A stretch of 64,000 nt of DNA from Eledone cirrhosa (lineage: Eukaryota), in contig OZ024740.1 of the NCBI GenBank assembly GCA_964016885.1, positions 408,332,001 through 408,396,000 on the forward strand. Reading direction: 5' to 3'. Positions 12,761-27,389 of this stretch are shown piece after piece. Numbering within the stretch: the stretch's first letter is position 1; each line of letters opens with the position of its first letter. The notes below the pieces were generated by a model. That model saw nothing but the letters and a program-made list of their open reading frames with translations, had not been told where the DNA came from and made no database searches. Made by a program: the position numbers and the translations under genes.

Positions 12761-14079
12761 TTCACACACGTACATATATATAAGCTTCTGCACACATTCC
12801 ATCCATCCATCTACCAAATTTCACTCCCAAAGCATTCATTGGTGAGCTCGGGCCTATAGTAGAAAACTATTTCCAAAAGTGCCATATAGTGAGGCTGAGT
12901 CCCAAACTACATGGTTGTGAAGTGAACTCCTTAACCATGCAGTTATATCTGCATGAAACCTTTGTCATCTGACCAGATTACATTGAATATATTTCATTGA
13001 ACCCAAAGATTGAAAGATAATATCTGCAATAATATAAAGTGGAATTGGTGGTGACATCCTCAAACTTGATGTTAGAAAGCTCAACTGACCAAAATGATCT
13101 TTAAAATGGGGGACATTTGAGTTAATAATAAAAGCTATTGCAAAAACAATAATCAAACAATTTTCTATTAAGGGCATTTTAACACTGTACTATAAGTATA
13201 ATAAAGCAGGACTGATTGAGATTATAGATTGGCAGAATATTTTGTAACAGACAAAATGCTTCATGATGTTTAGTTTCACCCTTTTACATTCTGAGTTAAA
13301 ATCCTGTCAAAGTCAACTTTGTCTTTTATCTTTCTTGGGTTGATAGAATAAGTCAATGACTGGGATCTGTCCAATTAATTGACACCATCTCCCAAGATTC
13401 TTCAAGTAAAAGTCTACAATCTGAAACATTCTTAAGACTGCTCGTATTTTAAAGATGAATGAAAGTTTAAAGCTCAATGACCACAGTATTTCTGTGAGAT
13501 GTGGCAGCTTGAAATATTATTAGATTTGAAAGACATGTGTTTGATGCAATTGTTAATGATAGACAACAGAAATATCTGATTATGGTTACTTGTCAACAAG
13601 TAAAAATGTAAAGAATAATTTATCTCTTAACATTTCCAACTACTTCCACCAACCTGCTTTGTTTCTGACTGTCAGTCTCAACTCTTTCAAAGTGTAGTTT
13701 AATTTGTTCAAGTAGTTATTTTCAGATTATTGATTATAGTATGTATTTGTTGTGTTGTAGTAGTAATATAATTATTTCAATGTTTATTTTAAAGAAAAGA
13801 AAAGCTCTTAGTTTGTACACTCAATATTAGTATAGTTTAACATTGACTTACTAACGATACATCTAACAATTAAGTATTAACATCTTTTCAACTACTTTAT
13901 TTCATGCTATTTGTTTTTTGTTGGTTTCATTCATAAAAAACATTGATTTATTCATTTATGACTGTTAACATGTCCTAAAGTTTTAGTGATACAAACCCCT
14001 AAATAATCAATATATAACTTACTTTAACATCATGTTGTAAACAGAAAATAAATATGTATTCAACAAGAGGACATAGTAT

Positions 14080-14600
14080 CTAGATAAGGACGGGTTGGAA
14101 GAAGTTTAGGGAGCTGCTTCCTCTGTTGACAAAGAAGGGTTACTCCCTGTGAACGAAAGGCTGGTTATATGATGCCTGTGTGAGATGCGCAATGCTGCAC
14201 AGTAGTGAGACATGGGCAGCAACTGCAGAGGATATGCGACGGCTTGAGAGAAATGAAGCAAGCATGCTCCATAGATGTGCAATGTCAATGTGCGTGAATG
14301 ACCAATAATAGACGAGTTGAGACAGAAACTGTGTATAAGAGGGATAAACTGTAGTGTGCGGGAGAGAAGACTACATTGGTATGGACATGTGATGCACATG
14401 GAGGATGACTGCTGGGTAAAGAAGTGCCAAGAAATCCCAGTGGAAGGAAAACATAGTCAAGGAAGACCACGAAAACCATGGGCAGAGGTGGTGAGAGCTG
14501 ACCTCAGATTGCTGAAGCTCACAGAGGAGATGATGCTGTGCTGAATAGGACCTGTCCCACCCATGCAAGCAGGGAAAAGCGGGCGTGAAATGATGATGAA
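14080..14600 (+). mobile_element. Degraded 5'-truncated RTE-2 LINE
   Basis: KFRELLPLLTK..MLHSSETW..LHWYGHVMHMEDD..GRPRKPW with frameshifts, same tail as RTE-2. Confidence 0.88.
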
Positions 14601-14995
14601 GATTATATAACATTATATGAAGATTCTATAACATTGTCTTGAGTTTAAGCTATAGTATATAATCAGTAATCATACATAATCTCTTTTTTATATAACATGT
14701 TTATGTATATAAAATATCATTTATATATTTTGGTGCTGTAAGTTATCTCTTTGTCTTGAGTTGTTTCAGTTAACTGTATGACATCAAAGTTGCCTATCGA
14801 ACAGTTAGAAGCAATCCACAGACTCACCACCCCAGATATGTACAACAAAAACGTGGGTAAACAGAAATTGTGTAGAAGCTGTCAGAGGGATTGCACCTGT
14901 TTTTCAAAACTCTATCTTTGTCACATGTTGCATTATGCTGATTCAGCTTGGAATTATGTTACGGGTACATGTGTCTGGAATACTGAATCATTGGC

Positions 14996-15185
14996 CAGTT
15001 CCCCTGACATGCCGCTCTCAATGACATATTGAGAAGGAGCCTGGATGCAAGTGACTTCCCATCACAACTGGAGCTAGCAGAGATGGCAAGCGCCCCAATG
15101 GAATCACCCTCTTCCCATTCATAGGAGATAGATCCCTCATCTGGGATGCTAGATGTTGTGACATATTCCCTGCCCCCAACTTACT
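14996..15185 (+). pseudogene. Restriction-like endonuclease domain remnant of a CRE-type non-LTR retrotransposon
   Basis: FP*HAALNDILRRSLDASDFPSQLE / RDGKRPNGITLFPFIGDRSLIWDARCCD. Matches the RH..LND...GKRPDG...WD pattern of CRE-clade RLE domains. Confidence 0.7.
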
Positions 15186-15194
15186 CACAAAGCT

Positions 15195-15400
15195 AAAGGC
15201 AAAGCTAACTACAATGGGATTTGATTTCAAAGTGCAGTATGGAAACAAATACCACAAGTCATTTTGTCTTATGTTCTAAGGGGTGGGTGGTCTTGTCCGC
15301 AGGGGGCAGCCCCATTGCCACTGCACCCTAGGCCCAGAGTCCAATCACCATTACCCTCCCTATTCTTCTGTGATACTAAAGCCTTTGACTTTCCCCTTCT
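15195..15400. repeat. Dispersed repeat, inverted relative to 28285-28530
   Basis: GTGCAGTATGGAAACAAATACCACAAGTCATTTTG..TTATGTTCTAAGGGGTGG appears reverse-complemented at 28435-28490. Confidence 0.7.
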
Positions 15401-17741
15401 TTTCAGTTTTGTTTTATATTTTCTTATTTTTTCATTCCATTCTTTCTTCTCAATCTAAACTTTTTTCTTTTTCTATTAAATTATATTTACATTGTTTTTA
15501 CACAGAATAAAGAATTTCTTTAAATAAAAGCAGATAGTTCAACACAAAGAAAAAAAATAGTTATATATCTATCAACAAAACCAAGCTTTATCATTGACTG
15601 TCTAGTTATGGAGTTTCTCACATTTATTGTAGAGTGTAACCTGAACCTATAGTGTTCCATGCTGTAATTATCAGCTTGTATCTATGTGTCTATCACATTT
15701 CAATATATAACCCCTAATTGATCTATCTCCATTTCAAAATTCTGATTGCCAAGATTTTCTCTAATTCTTAAAACAACAGATCAAATTTGAGAAATATCTT
15801 TTGATTTGAACTTTAGGGGCTATGTGTCTGTTATATGAACTTTGACTCACCATGGAATATGATCCGTAAACATACAACAGACATACATGCAATAACTATT
15901 GAATAGTTATAAGTTTTATAACTGTATAACTAACTAATGGTTTTAGCTCTGCTTAGAATATGGGAACATCAAGCTAGTGTTTCTTCCTCTGATTTAGCTT
16001 AAATCTTGTTGCTATAGGGAGTATGCTGTAGACTTTGGTCACATATTTTTTAGATCAATAGACAACATACTAAATCCATTCTAGATTTCCTTTTCTGCCA
16101 ATTATCACACCTGTCTTATAAGACCATTGGCTCTGCTCGTCTTCAGGGAATTAACAATTAGTTTTTTAAAAATCGATTTTCTAATCATCAGCATCATCAT
16201 CATCATTATTGTTCTCATCATCATCATCAACATTGCTGAATGTGGGTTGGCTAGTTCTATCCCTAGCTACATGCTGTCACTAATAAACATTAAATTCATT
16301 CATCATTACCTTGTGTAGGAATACAAAGAAAATTGTTTATAGGTACAGTGCTGCCCTCTGTTGTTGGTCTGCCCTGAATGAGCAAATGTATAATGAAAGG
16401 TATTCCAATCTTGACTATCTTTTCTTCTTTTTTAAGGTATAATGTTTTCAATTGGTGTTTTTCATAAATGAATAAACCATATTCCACCAAATGTTCAAAG
16501 TATTTTACGTACAGAGATATATTGAAAGGTGATTTCTGAGGCAAGAGTTTTGGGATTATGCATCAAATGAAAATAATTTCTTAGACTCAAGTCTTACATT
16601 CCCTTGGTGTGTCCATTATTTTGTTTTTCTAGTCATATAACAAAGAATTAATTGGTTGATGGAGTCATTTTCATTCCTATATGAAATTCTATTTCAAATG
16701 GAAATCTATATAACATCACCAATTCATACACCAATTGAAAATTATCAGATTACATGAAAGAAAGTAGGGGGTAGGAGGGTCCTATATTTTTACATTGAAG
16801 ATCAGTGAAACTTGTTTGGTAAATAATATACTGATCAGCCCAAATCTCTGATTCACTTCTATACGAAAATCATCCAATATCTGTTAATAGAGCATAACTA
16901 AAATGTCATCAGAATGTCTTCATAAATCAATAATTTTGTCTCTTGAGCCTTTCTACTGACAATGAAATATTTCATATAAATAATCAATGGTTTGTGTTTT
17001 GAATAGAATTCATAAAAAGACTACTAGAATGAGTGATAGCTATTAAAATTATCTTATCTCAGAAGAGTTTTCAAAGTTACCCTTTCAAATCATTTAATAC
17101 TTTTGATTATATTCATTAGATCCATATTTTTTTACCCTTTAAAGTCAAACCATCAAATAGAAAAAAATGTGATAGTTGCAAACCTTAAATGGATATATTT
17201 GTGTAATTAACTTAAAATGTTGATTAAATAATCAATGAATTATACCTTTGCTTTAAACATTTGAACTACTCCATTGATGAAATGTTGATTCTATTTATAT
17301 AACTATTCCATATTAAACATTTGAACAAATGGAAAGATTGAAGGGCATATGATTAATGAATGCTTAACATGGGCAACCTTTAGAAGATATACTTGTTACC
17401 TAAAATGTTTAATATTGTTACCTAGTCTGTAGAAACTCAAACCATTATGGTGATCATCATCATCGTTTAACGTCCATCTTCCACGCTAGCATGGGTCTGG
17501 ACGGGCTATGATGAGGAATAAATAGAAAGATGTAAAAAGTATATGATCGATTGAGAAAGTGGGGGATATTAGAAGAGACATAATTAGTGTCAAGTTCATA
17601 TTGAATGGAATAACTGTGTGGTTTACCCTTATTGATTATAGAAATTTAAATGAAAGATCAGCATCTTTTGCTCCTCTGTTACACTTTCAATTCTCAAGTC
17701 TTGAAGCGGTTATTGTTAATTTCTTTACTCTGTGGAAGTAA

Positions 17742-17930
17742 TAATTGTTTCTACTTTTGGCACAAGGCCAGCAAATACCCAGTACATTACTGGTACTTTA
17801 TTTTATCGACCCTGTAAGGATGAAAGGCAAAGTTAACCTCGGCGGGATTTGAACTCAGACCATAAAGAGCCGTAACTCTTTGCTACAAAGCATGGCGTCT
17901 GACCCTCTACAGATACTGCCAATCCACCAC
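17742..17930 (-). mobile_element. tRNA-derived SINE family B
   Basis: B box GAGTTCAAATCCC and core GCCTTTCATCCTTACGGGGTCGATAAAATAAAGTACC. Multiple copies in the window. Confidence 0.85.
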
Positions 17931-20475
17931 TCTGTGGAAGTAATAATAACGATAGTTTATTATCTTAACTGTAATATATTCTGGAGCAATAAATGTATAA
18001 TTATAGAAGCTATAAATAAGACAAAACTCTATGAACTGTATGGTTGCACACCAATCCATTGAAACCATTATGTTTAAGTTTAGAAATTTATTCATTGAAA
18101 TCTGTAATATAAAGATGAAAAGATAATGTTAAAGATAACATGGTGGTTTAAAATTAGGTGGTCATTTCAGTTTGCATAAAATTTTTTTAATCTCTTGTCT
18201 GAAAAATATGTAATATAAATTCAAGGATTAAGTTTCAGACACATATAATTATTGGATACACCATAAATAAGTAAGACATTATAAATAGATGCAGTCATAG
18301 GTGTATGGTTAAGAATTTCACTTTGAAACTATATAATTATGAGTTTGACCTCACTGTGTATTCTACCAAATCCTAAGACTGGTGAAATTTGGTAGACAAA
18401 AACTATAGAAACTGATTGGAAGGACTATTCTTATTCTTGGGTGGTAGACTTCATTTATCATCCAGTTTAATAGCCCCACCTGGCCCTTGAATGCCTTTAG
18501 CAAAATCCAAACTGTTGGAAGCATTTGTGTCAGATCTTTCTGATCTGATAAGTTCTTCAATTCTTCTCACAATCTGATTTCTTGTAAAATCTCATAGGTC
18601 CTGCCATTTATCCTTTGACTAAGCTATTATAATATAAAAAGTGTAAAAAATGTATTGGCTTGAGGATTTTTCTTATATTAATTTCATTTCTTTCCACTTC
18701 TTTTTACTTTGTCTCTATTTATGGACTGTGATGTTTATCAAATAATAAAATACAAAAAAATGACACTATTTGAGGAAATAAGAATAAAAATACATTTGGC
18801 AGGAATAAATATAAAAAAATTTTTTTTAGTGAACTCATGCCAAAAACCTCAGTACTGAAATGTTATATTTTCATTTTTAGCTGAATGTATGGATTTAGTT
18901 TCCACACTTTCAGAAGAACCTGATTGCAATGCAAAGGTCACATAGTCAATATAGATGTTTTTATCATCGAGATTGCATGCTTATTTTTAAGAAATTATAT
19001 AAAATCTTGTTTCCATGATATCCCACAGTAGAAGATGGACATTAAAATAATTTCTTCTCTGTATAGAATAGTATTAACTATTTTATTTGAATAGATTTAC
19101 TGGCAAACAAAGCCTAATGCATGTCTTGTATTTAATAAAATAAAGTTTGGAAAATGTTCAAACATTTTAATTTTATTTGTTAACCCCCGACAGAAAATGA
19201 TAAAAATATGATTTCTTAGTTAAAATTCACTACCTTTGATTTCTGATGTGCCCAAGCATGGAAAATTGATGATAAATGTTGATGATGATGATAATTAAGA
19301 TTTTATCAAACTGTTATAAATATTCACTATTTACTTATTTGTGACTTTACATTTCATTATTATTTTTTAAATAATTTTGACTGTAATGATGCTGCTATAG
19401 ATAATATCAGGTAGTGTTACATTGGTGCAATAGATATAATTTCACTTTTCCCACTTTCATGGTGCTTATAAAACCTTAGATGAGATAGAAAGAGATGACT
19501 TTAGAAAGAAATGAACTGACTAATGGCAATTAACTGGATTGAATTATTTTTTATGCAGTCTATAATGTATATGTATGCAGTGACAGCTTAATCTCATAGA
19601 TGTGAATAGTACCTGAATGTGAGACCTGGTTGAGCTTTGGAGTTTACTTGATCATTGTTCCTCTCTAAGATTGTGGGTCAAATATACATCAGTCATTTCT
19701 ACAAAATGGGGAATTGTGTGAATGTTATAAATAATTACTCATATTCTTATGAACATTTTCCTATTAAAAAAAAGAATGTTTAATGTATCTATTATTATCC
19801 ACAATTTCACCATAAAATAGGAATGTTTCTTTTCATGACATTTTGTAATTGAGGAAGATTGATGTTAGTTTGTATATCATTGGTGCCAGCAAAAAAAACA
19901 CACTATTGACTTTTCTTATATAACAATAGTTCAGAGCATCTTCTCATTTTTGGCACAATTCCAATATGAGTGTTTCATTCATTGTTACATACTCGAAATA
20001 TTTTTGGGGAAAATCTGTTTACAAATTCCTGTGTATATCCTGTTTAGAATAATTTTACTGTATATGTGCAACTAAAAGGATTGGTGACAGAAACGGCATC
20101 TAGCCATAAAATCTTGTTTCAGAAAGGATTCCATGATGAGTAGGAAGCCTGTTATGGGGCCTGCAATGCTATCAACTGCTTTAGCAGGGAAATGGCCTTA
20201 AAATGCTTGTATTGTATATTCTTGAAGTTCCCAAAGTTTTTATATACTAAAAATTAAATTTTAAGTTATAACTGAAAGCAGAAAATCTATTTTGAGTAAA
20301 TAAATATGATAGGAAATAACATATTCCTATACACTTTTCATATTATAAAGAAATCATATTATGAAATATATTTTTCTCGGAGGGTTCTAATGCTTGGCTA
20401 TTAAACATAGAATTAAAATACATTTTAATTTTGATAAATCTTTAGTCATTGTTAAAACCTAACCTGTCCCATTAT

Positions 20476-20640
20476 AATTGTTTCTACTTTTTGGCACAAT
20501 TACTGGTACTTTATTTTATCGACCCCATAAGGATGAAAGGCAAAGTTAACCTCGGCGGGAATTGAACTCAGATCGTAAAGGGACGTAACTATGCTGGAAA
20601 GCATAATCCAACTCTCTACCGATACTGCCAATTCACCTGT
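20476..20640 (-). mobile_element. SINE family B
   Basis: Same core. Flanked by the direct repeat CCTGTCCCATTATAAT (20463 and 20636), a likely TSD. Confidence 0.82.
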
Positions 20641-20778
20641 CCCATTATAATGTGTTTCCCACATTAACTAATAGAATGTTTTGTTAAGTTGAAATAAAAT
20701 TTCAACTGTAAAACAGCACTTTTAGATTCCACCCCATGTTGTATTGTTTCTTTTTTGTATTTGTTTGACCATATAGAA

Positions 20779-21063
20779 CAGGCATGGGTAACCTTTTTCG
20801 AGAAGCGGTTGAGATATGGCTCATCACGAGGCAGGCCGCAAGCGCTAATTAGATTCGTGCCCACATTTTAAAAAAGGGTTGTAACTCGGGTTGTTTTGAT
20901 TTGTTTCTTCAGAATTCCTACACATTGCTTTCCTTGATCGTAAAAATGATAGAAAGATAAATTACGACTGAAAAGTTTGGGTAAAAAAATCAGAAAGATT
21001 TCACTTAGGTGACTTAGGCGAGCCATTCAGAAAACTTTGCGGGTCGCAGGTTGCCCATGACTG
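20779..21063. mobile_element. hAT (Charlie/Buster-type) MITE
   Basis: TIRs CAGGCATGGGTAACCT / AGGTTGCCCATGACTG. 8-bp TSD ATATAGAA / ATCTAGAA. Confidence 0.85.
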
Positions 21064-21710
21064 ATCTAGAATAAACAGTCCCCAAATAATCCTTACTGTA
21101 TCCTAACAGATCACACACTAAACAGTTCACCCAGTTCTTCTTCCACAGAACTGTAATACTCTGGTATTCCCTTCCCATTCACATATTTGTCAATCAGACA
21201 TTGACTTTCTTATATATAAGCTGAATATCGAAAACATCTATCATAGTTAATGGTGATGAGTTGATATCAGATGTATATGGGTAAAAAAATTGCTGGGTTG
21301 GAGGAATTATTAACTTTATTTGAGTGCATTGAGCAAGAAACCAGAATGCATAACTGCTGCTGTTGTAATTAACATACACTTTTCTTTTACAAATTCATAC
21401 TTGGTATAATTGATTTCTAACACCAAACCAGCAAATTTAGGAGAATGTAAAAGTCAATTTAAATCAACCCCAGTACTTGACTGCTACTGTATATTATCGA
21501 CCGTGAAGGATGAAAAGAAAAGTTGTTGACAGAATTTGAACTCAGAAAGTAAAGATCCAAAACAAATGCCTCTATGCTCCAATGCTCTAACAATTTTGTT
21601 AATCCATGATATCATGCAATTTTTAATTATCATTAACATGATTCCCATAATATTGACAATGAAAATTAGATATATGTAATTTTATTAGCCAAATATATTT
21701 TAATTGTAAA

Positions 21711-21900
21711 TAATTGTTTCTATTTTTGGCACAAGGCCAGCAATTACCCAGTACATTATTGGTACTTTATTTTATCGACCCCGTAAGGATGAAAGGCAAA
21801 GTTAACCTCGGCGGGATTTGAACTCAGATCATAAAGGGACGTAACTCTATGCTTCAAAGCATGGTGTTCGACTCTACTGATACTGCCAATCCACTGCCCT
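21711..21900 (-). mobile_element. SINE family B
   Basis: Full-length copy. TTTTAATTGTAAATAAT on both sides (TSD). Confidence 0.85.
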
Positions 21901-24900
21901 TTTAATTGTAAATAATGTTTTTAATTATCTTATTGAATTTTATTTAATTTAATATATCATTTTGAATTTTACATTATATTAGCTAATTAGTTTAGTTTCC
22001 AGTGGAGCATATTAAATAATAATTAATAGGAATTAGTAAACAATGGTTTGCTGGTTACACTAATTAAGAATCTTAAAAGTGTGTATATAAGCAAGAAATT
22101 ATTATTTAATTAGCCTTATAATTATAGTTGTGGTGTTTATGTTCTCCATATAGAAATTTTTCAATATTGGAACATGAATTTATTATTTGTTTAACTTGTT
22201 AATATCACGAGTGTAGTAGTACATTTGCAATATATGTTAATGGGTTAATGGTACTAGATATAGCAGGGTAGTGTGTAAAGAGGTAAAATGGAACAGAAGT
22301 GCTATCTATGAGAACTGACATTGGTATCATGAAGCTGCTATTCTTAGTGAATTCTAGTAACAAACAAGTGTATTTTACAACAACAAACGACAGGAAATAA
22401 TGTTTAAGAGATGAAATATAGCTGCCCTCTAGAAGATTGCAGAAATAAGATAAAAAGAATGAAGCGTACATTCTCTATAGAATTGTATAATTTGTAGCAG
22501 AAGTATAGCAGGAATATCTAAATAGCTTTCAGTTGTTCACATCTGCCAGTCTGGGGCATTTGAAGCAGTTCGATGTTACATCTTTAATTTGTCTTATTCC
22601 TGGGGACTGTTTGGCCCAAATAAATAGTATATATATGTACCTAGTTATGTGTTGGTATGTAAGTTATTGTGGATATCCTGGGTGGCTCTAGTGCCATAAA
22701 ACTCTTCTTTGCATTGCCAGTATAAGCTATGAAGAAAATAAACATAATTCTAATACCAGCCTGGCTGTGAATTTAACTGTCCTACTCAAGAAGGTAGTTA
22801 AATCATGAATCCAAGAATCTTACATTCCACCAACTTTTTTTACAAACACTACACATGGATAGACAGTGAGCAGATGAGAAGCCTGGATTATGAATTAATG
22901 TATATACTCAACAACTGATTGTTTTGTGTTAGCAGGGCCAGCTCATAGACCAAGGAAGAGATGTTGGCATGGTTGATCACTACAAAAACACAGAGGAAAT
23001 CAAAATAGATTTGTACAGGTCTATACTAAAGAGAATAAAATGATCATAAAAACATTATTGGTGATCATAAATTGCTAGATAGTAAGGAAGAGAAAGAACA
23101 CATTTGTGTCATTGCTTTTCTATTAATTATTAAGACAAAAGACAAGAACATTGTTTTATGAAGGAATTGACATTTTTAGCTATTAATTCAATAGATGACC
23201 TTTAATTTTTTTCCACTAAAGTATTGTCCTCAAATAAATGTTTCGGATTTTTTGCCAGTAGAATAGCTTTAGTTTTAGAGTGCTTTGAAAAACTGTGTAG
23301 TAAATCTGGTGTAAAAGGTAAAACGTAAGCATTGTCATTTGAAGAGAGTGCTAATATTTATGACACAAGGGAAAAGAAATTATCTGAAAATTTTCCAACG
23401 TTCTAATTTATGGCTATGAAAATGTCTACTTTGTTTACTAAGCTCTGAAATATCTAGGGGATTATTTCTAGTTTGTTGACTAAAATCTGATATATTTGGG
23501 AGGGGAAAATAAAAGGGGTCAGTATTTCTATTGTAGTTTAATTTTGTGTACGGATGTTCTCAAAACTATTGAAATATCAAACAGTTGTTGATGTGTTTAC
23601 CAAAATATAGGACCTGTTGCTGAAATGTCAGTGGTTTATATTTCATCACTGGCACAACCAAGACACCATTACCATCATCATCACTTAACATTTAACGGTT
23701 TGATTCACTTAGTTAGAAATAATTGCTATTGATAGGTATTATTTGTTATTGTAAGTAGTGGAGTGTTATAGAACTGATTTCAGTAGTTTAATAAGTGCAA
23801 TGGCAGACAAAGAGTGGATTCCTCAATCATTTTGATCAACCCAGCAATTGCATATGAACCCTATTTCAGATTACAAACAAGCATCTACACCCAGATTAAT
23901 ATTTTACTTGGTTGATCAGAATTCCACAATGATTTAAGAAACTGTGGATGTGCTTTAGAAGCATTAGTATAATTTGTGAAATCTTAAATGTTAGCTTTGT
24001 ACAGGAAGTAATCTGTAAAGACGTGCCACTGAAGCCTATGAATTGCCAAGATATCTCACTAGATTTTGTTGAAACTTTCTGTTACCTAGATAACCATACT
24101 AGTGATAGTAGTGACTGTAAAGAGAATGAATGAACTAAAAAGAGGTAGAAGAATGTGTTATTGGTGTTATTTCTGTATTATTTCTGTTTATCTCCAGGAC
24201 AGCTCTACTTGAGCAAACCTATGTATGGCATATAAGCAATTAGTAAAATCACTAGTTGGGATTCACAGATCTATTGTTTTAGAGGCATCACATCTTCACC
24301 TATTAGAGAACCATACTATGCACTCTGACATGAAACAGTTTATTGTATTGAGTGAAGTGTAGTAATCATGTCATGTTATTTTTCTTTCCACTATCTAGTT
24401 TTAGTATGGTTTATGTTCTGGTGGTAGCCACAGTAGAGATTGACTCAACTTTAATGCATCAGTTGCTGCTGTTTTATACTTATCTTTTATGATGTACATC
24501 ACAGCAATGTTTAGGCTATGCTCCTTGCACCTTCACATCGTTATCTATTTCATGGATTTTCATTTTGTTGAATCTATAATGATACAAAACTTTCTGTTTC
24601 GTGTAGCCTATATTTTGGTTGTGGTGGGAGGGGGGGGGGGAATAGATTACCATGTTTCTAGGCCAGACTAGCATAATCCATGATAAGTCTTGTGTATTGC
24701 TTAGATACTAATAGTGTTGTTTCTTTTTGTTGACTAGATATCTTACTACTGTCTACATAAGCAATGAGCATTTCATGTGATTGCATGGAATTAGTATGTT
24801 TGTTGAGATATGTCTGTCACGTCTGAATAATACAGACAGTTAAGATGGAATAAAGAATAGGATTGTCTTGAGAGAAGGGTGTGTTTTTGTTGTTAGTGAA

Positions 24901-24901
24901 A

Positions 24902-25115
24902 GGGGCGGTGGATTCATAGAATCCGAAGAATGTCGGACAAGCTTACTGGCATAGAGTTACGGCCCTTTATGTTCTGAGTTCAAATCCCGCCAAGGTTAGC
25001 TTTGCCTTTCACCCTTACAGGGTCGATAAATAAGGCACCAGTAACACACTGGGGTTACTTTAATTGACCCCCCCCCCTCAATTGCTTGTCGTGTGCCTAA
25101 ATCTGAAACCATTAT
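24902..25115 (+). mobile_element. SINE family B variant
   Basis: B box and core present. Confidence 0.75.
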
Positions 25116-25219
25116 TAGAAATGAAAGAAAGCTAATCATTAATGTACAGAAAAAGGAGTATAGGTGACATCAATGAACATTTGAGTAAATCTAAGACTGA
25201 GAGAATGCTATTATTTACA

Positions 25220-25403
25220 GTGGATTGGCAGTATCGGTAGAGGGTCACCATGCCTTGCAGCATAGAGTTATGGCCCTTTGTGTTCTGAGTTCAAATCCCA
25301 TCAAGGTTAACTTTGCTTTTTATCCTTACGGGGTCAATAAAATAAAGTACCAGTAATGCACTGGGGTAATTGCTGGTCTTATGCCAAAAGTAGAAACAAT
25401 TAT
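25220..25403 (+). mobile_element. SINE family B
   Basis: B box, core and 3' end GCCAAAAGTAGAAACAATT. Confidence 0.8.
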
Positions 25404-26579
25404 TTACATGTTTGCCCTGGTGTAGTCTAGCAAGAAACTTCCAATTCAAGAAATGAGAGACAGATGAAAACTCTAGGCCAACAACTTTGCCAGTAAATGC
25501 TTATTCATGACAGATAAAGGCTTTGTTGATGTCAATTATAACAACATTGCTTTTGCTAAACTTCTTAACACTGATAAAGACATCTAACTCAGTGCAGATC
25601 AAATATAGCAACATTTTTCCATTTTCTCATTAATGTTTATATTCTTTGCCAATATACATTGATGAAAAATACACACAATCATCATCATCATCATTGGTTT
25701 TTTTATCTGTTTCCCCACACTTGTACAGATTAGATGAAACATTTTTGAGGGAGAATTCTAATGTTGTTCCTGGCACCAAATCTTGCTTGTTTTCTTTAAG
25801 TAAGGTCTAAATCCTTGCATGTCTACCCACTAAGCTACTGGGCTTCTATTTATGTGGGCTATAAACAAATATCACTGTCTATGGTAGCAATATCAAATAT
25901 ACAGTGAAGAGAAGAGGTGAGAAAAAACAAAGACAAATACACAGATATATGGTTGGCTTCATAGTTTCCATTGACCTGCATGAGTCTGTAGTAAAAGATA
26001 CTTGTAAGGTGCCATATAGAGAGATCGAGCCCCAAACTATGTTTCTATGTTTCAAAGTGATCTTAACCACACACTTATGGCTGCACCTATATATGTATGT
26101 CTAGGTGTGTGTGTTTGTATGCACATGACTTAATATTTAAAGCATTCAGCTCACAATCATAAGGATGAGTTTGATTCCTGGTAGTATGTTGTGTCTTTGA
26201 GCAAGACACATTATTTCATGTTACTCCAGTCAACTCAGCTTTCATAATGTGTTGTACCTGTAGTTCAAAGGGCTAGTCATGTCACATGCTGCATCATATT
26301 GAATCTCTCTGAGAACAAAGTTGAAGATGCACTTGTCTGTGGAATCCTTAGTCACTTGCATATTAATTTAATGAGCAGGCTGTTCTGATGTTCAAACAAT
26401 TGGAATACTGATGGGGATCCAACAACATACTGTAGCACAAACATGAAGAATAGGGCACTCAATACAAGATGTAGAGTGTTTTTATATATATTGAAAGCTG
26501 AAACTTCAGTAACCATTACTCTGAATTTAATGGTTTTTTATCTTCAGACATCAAGGAGGTGTAGCCAGTATTTCATTTA

Positions 26580-26967
26580 TCATCATCATCATCACCGTTT
26601 TACATCCGTTCTTCCACGCTACCATGGGTTAGACGGGTTGTCCTGTTGTGGGCAGTGTCCGGTCGGCTGACCTTGTCTTGCTCATACGGGAACTGATTCT
26701 GGCTTGATTTCTACAGCTGGATGCCCTTCCTAACACCAACCTCATTTACAGTGAGTGCTGGGTGCCTTTTTTGCCGTGGCACCTCCTCGACCACTTTGCA
26801 GTGGAATGATAGGGAACCCAGTCCCTATCATCTCATTTCTACAGCTGAGTAAACTGGAGCAATGTGAAATAAAGTGTCTTGCTCAAGGGAACAACACATC
26901 ACCCGGTCAGAGAATTGAACTCACAACCTTTCAATTGCAAGCCCAATGCTCTAATTACTAAGCCATG
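26580..26967 (-). mobile_element. SINE family A with RTE-1-type tail
   Basis: Body is the reverse complement of 12140-12422. The tail is CCCGTCTAACCCATGGTAGCGTGGAAG..(GAT)n. Confidence 0.85.
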
Positions 26968-27389
26968 CTATTTCATAGGATAAAAACCCATAAGAAAAAA
27001 ACCCTTATGAAAAAGGCAGAAACAAAATAAAAGAAACATAAAAAAAAAGAAAAAGATGAAAAAATTACTGGGAAAATTATTCAGATAAATGCTTTGAATA
27101 TTCGAAAATGATATTGGGTTTGAGTGGAAACTGAAGGGATTCATTATTTTCATGTATTTAGTACACCTGGGTGACCCTGTTAGTGTGGATGTGTGATTTA
27201 TTCATATTTTCTTGTGAGGGGAGATAGAAGCATATAACAAAGTGGAAAACGTTATAAGCCTTGTGAATATATGATTATTTAAAGTTTGATAATATTTGTA
27301 GTGAAGGTCAGAAGGCAGTAAATTGATATAATATAGAAAATATGAGGACATCTTATGTTAATGTTAACGTTATCAAGCAGTCACTAATA

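Noticed and set aside
18881-18945. Possible host exon after a polypyrimidine-AG acceptor (ECMDLVSTLSEEPDCNAK)
   Set aside because: Short, no clear donor, no recognisable homology. Needs RNA-seq.
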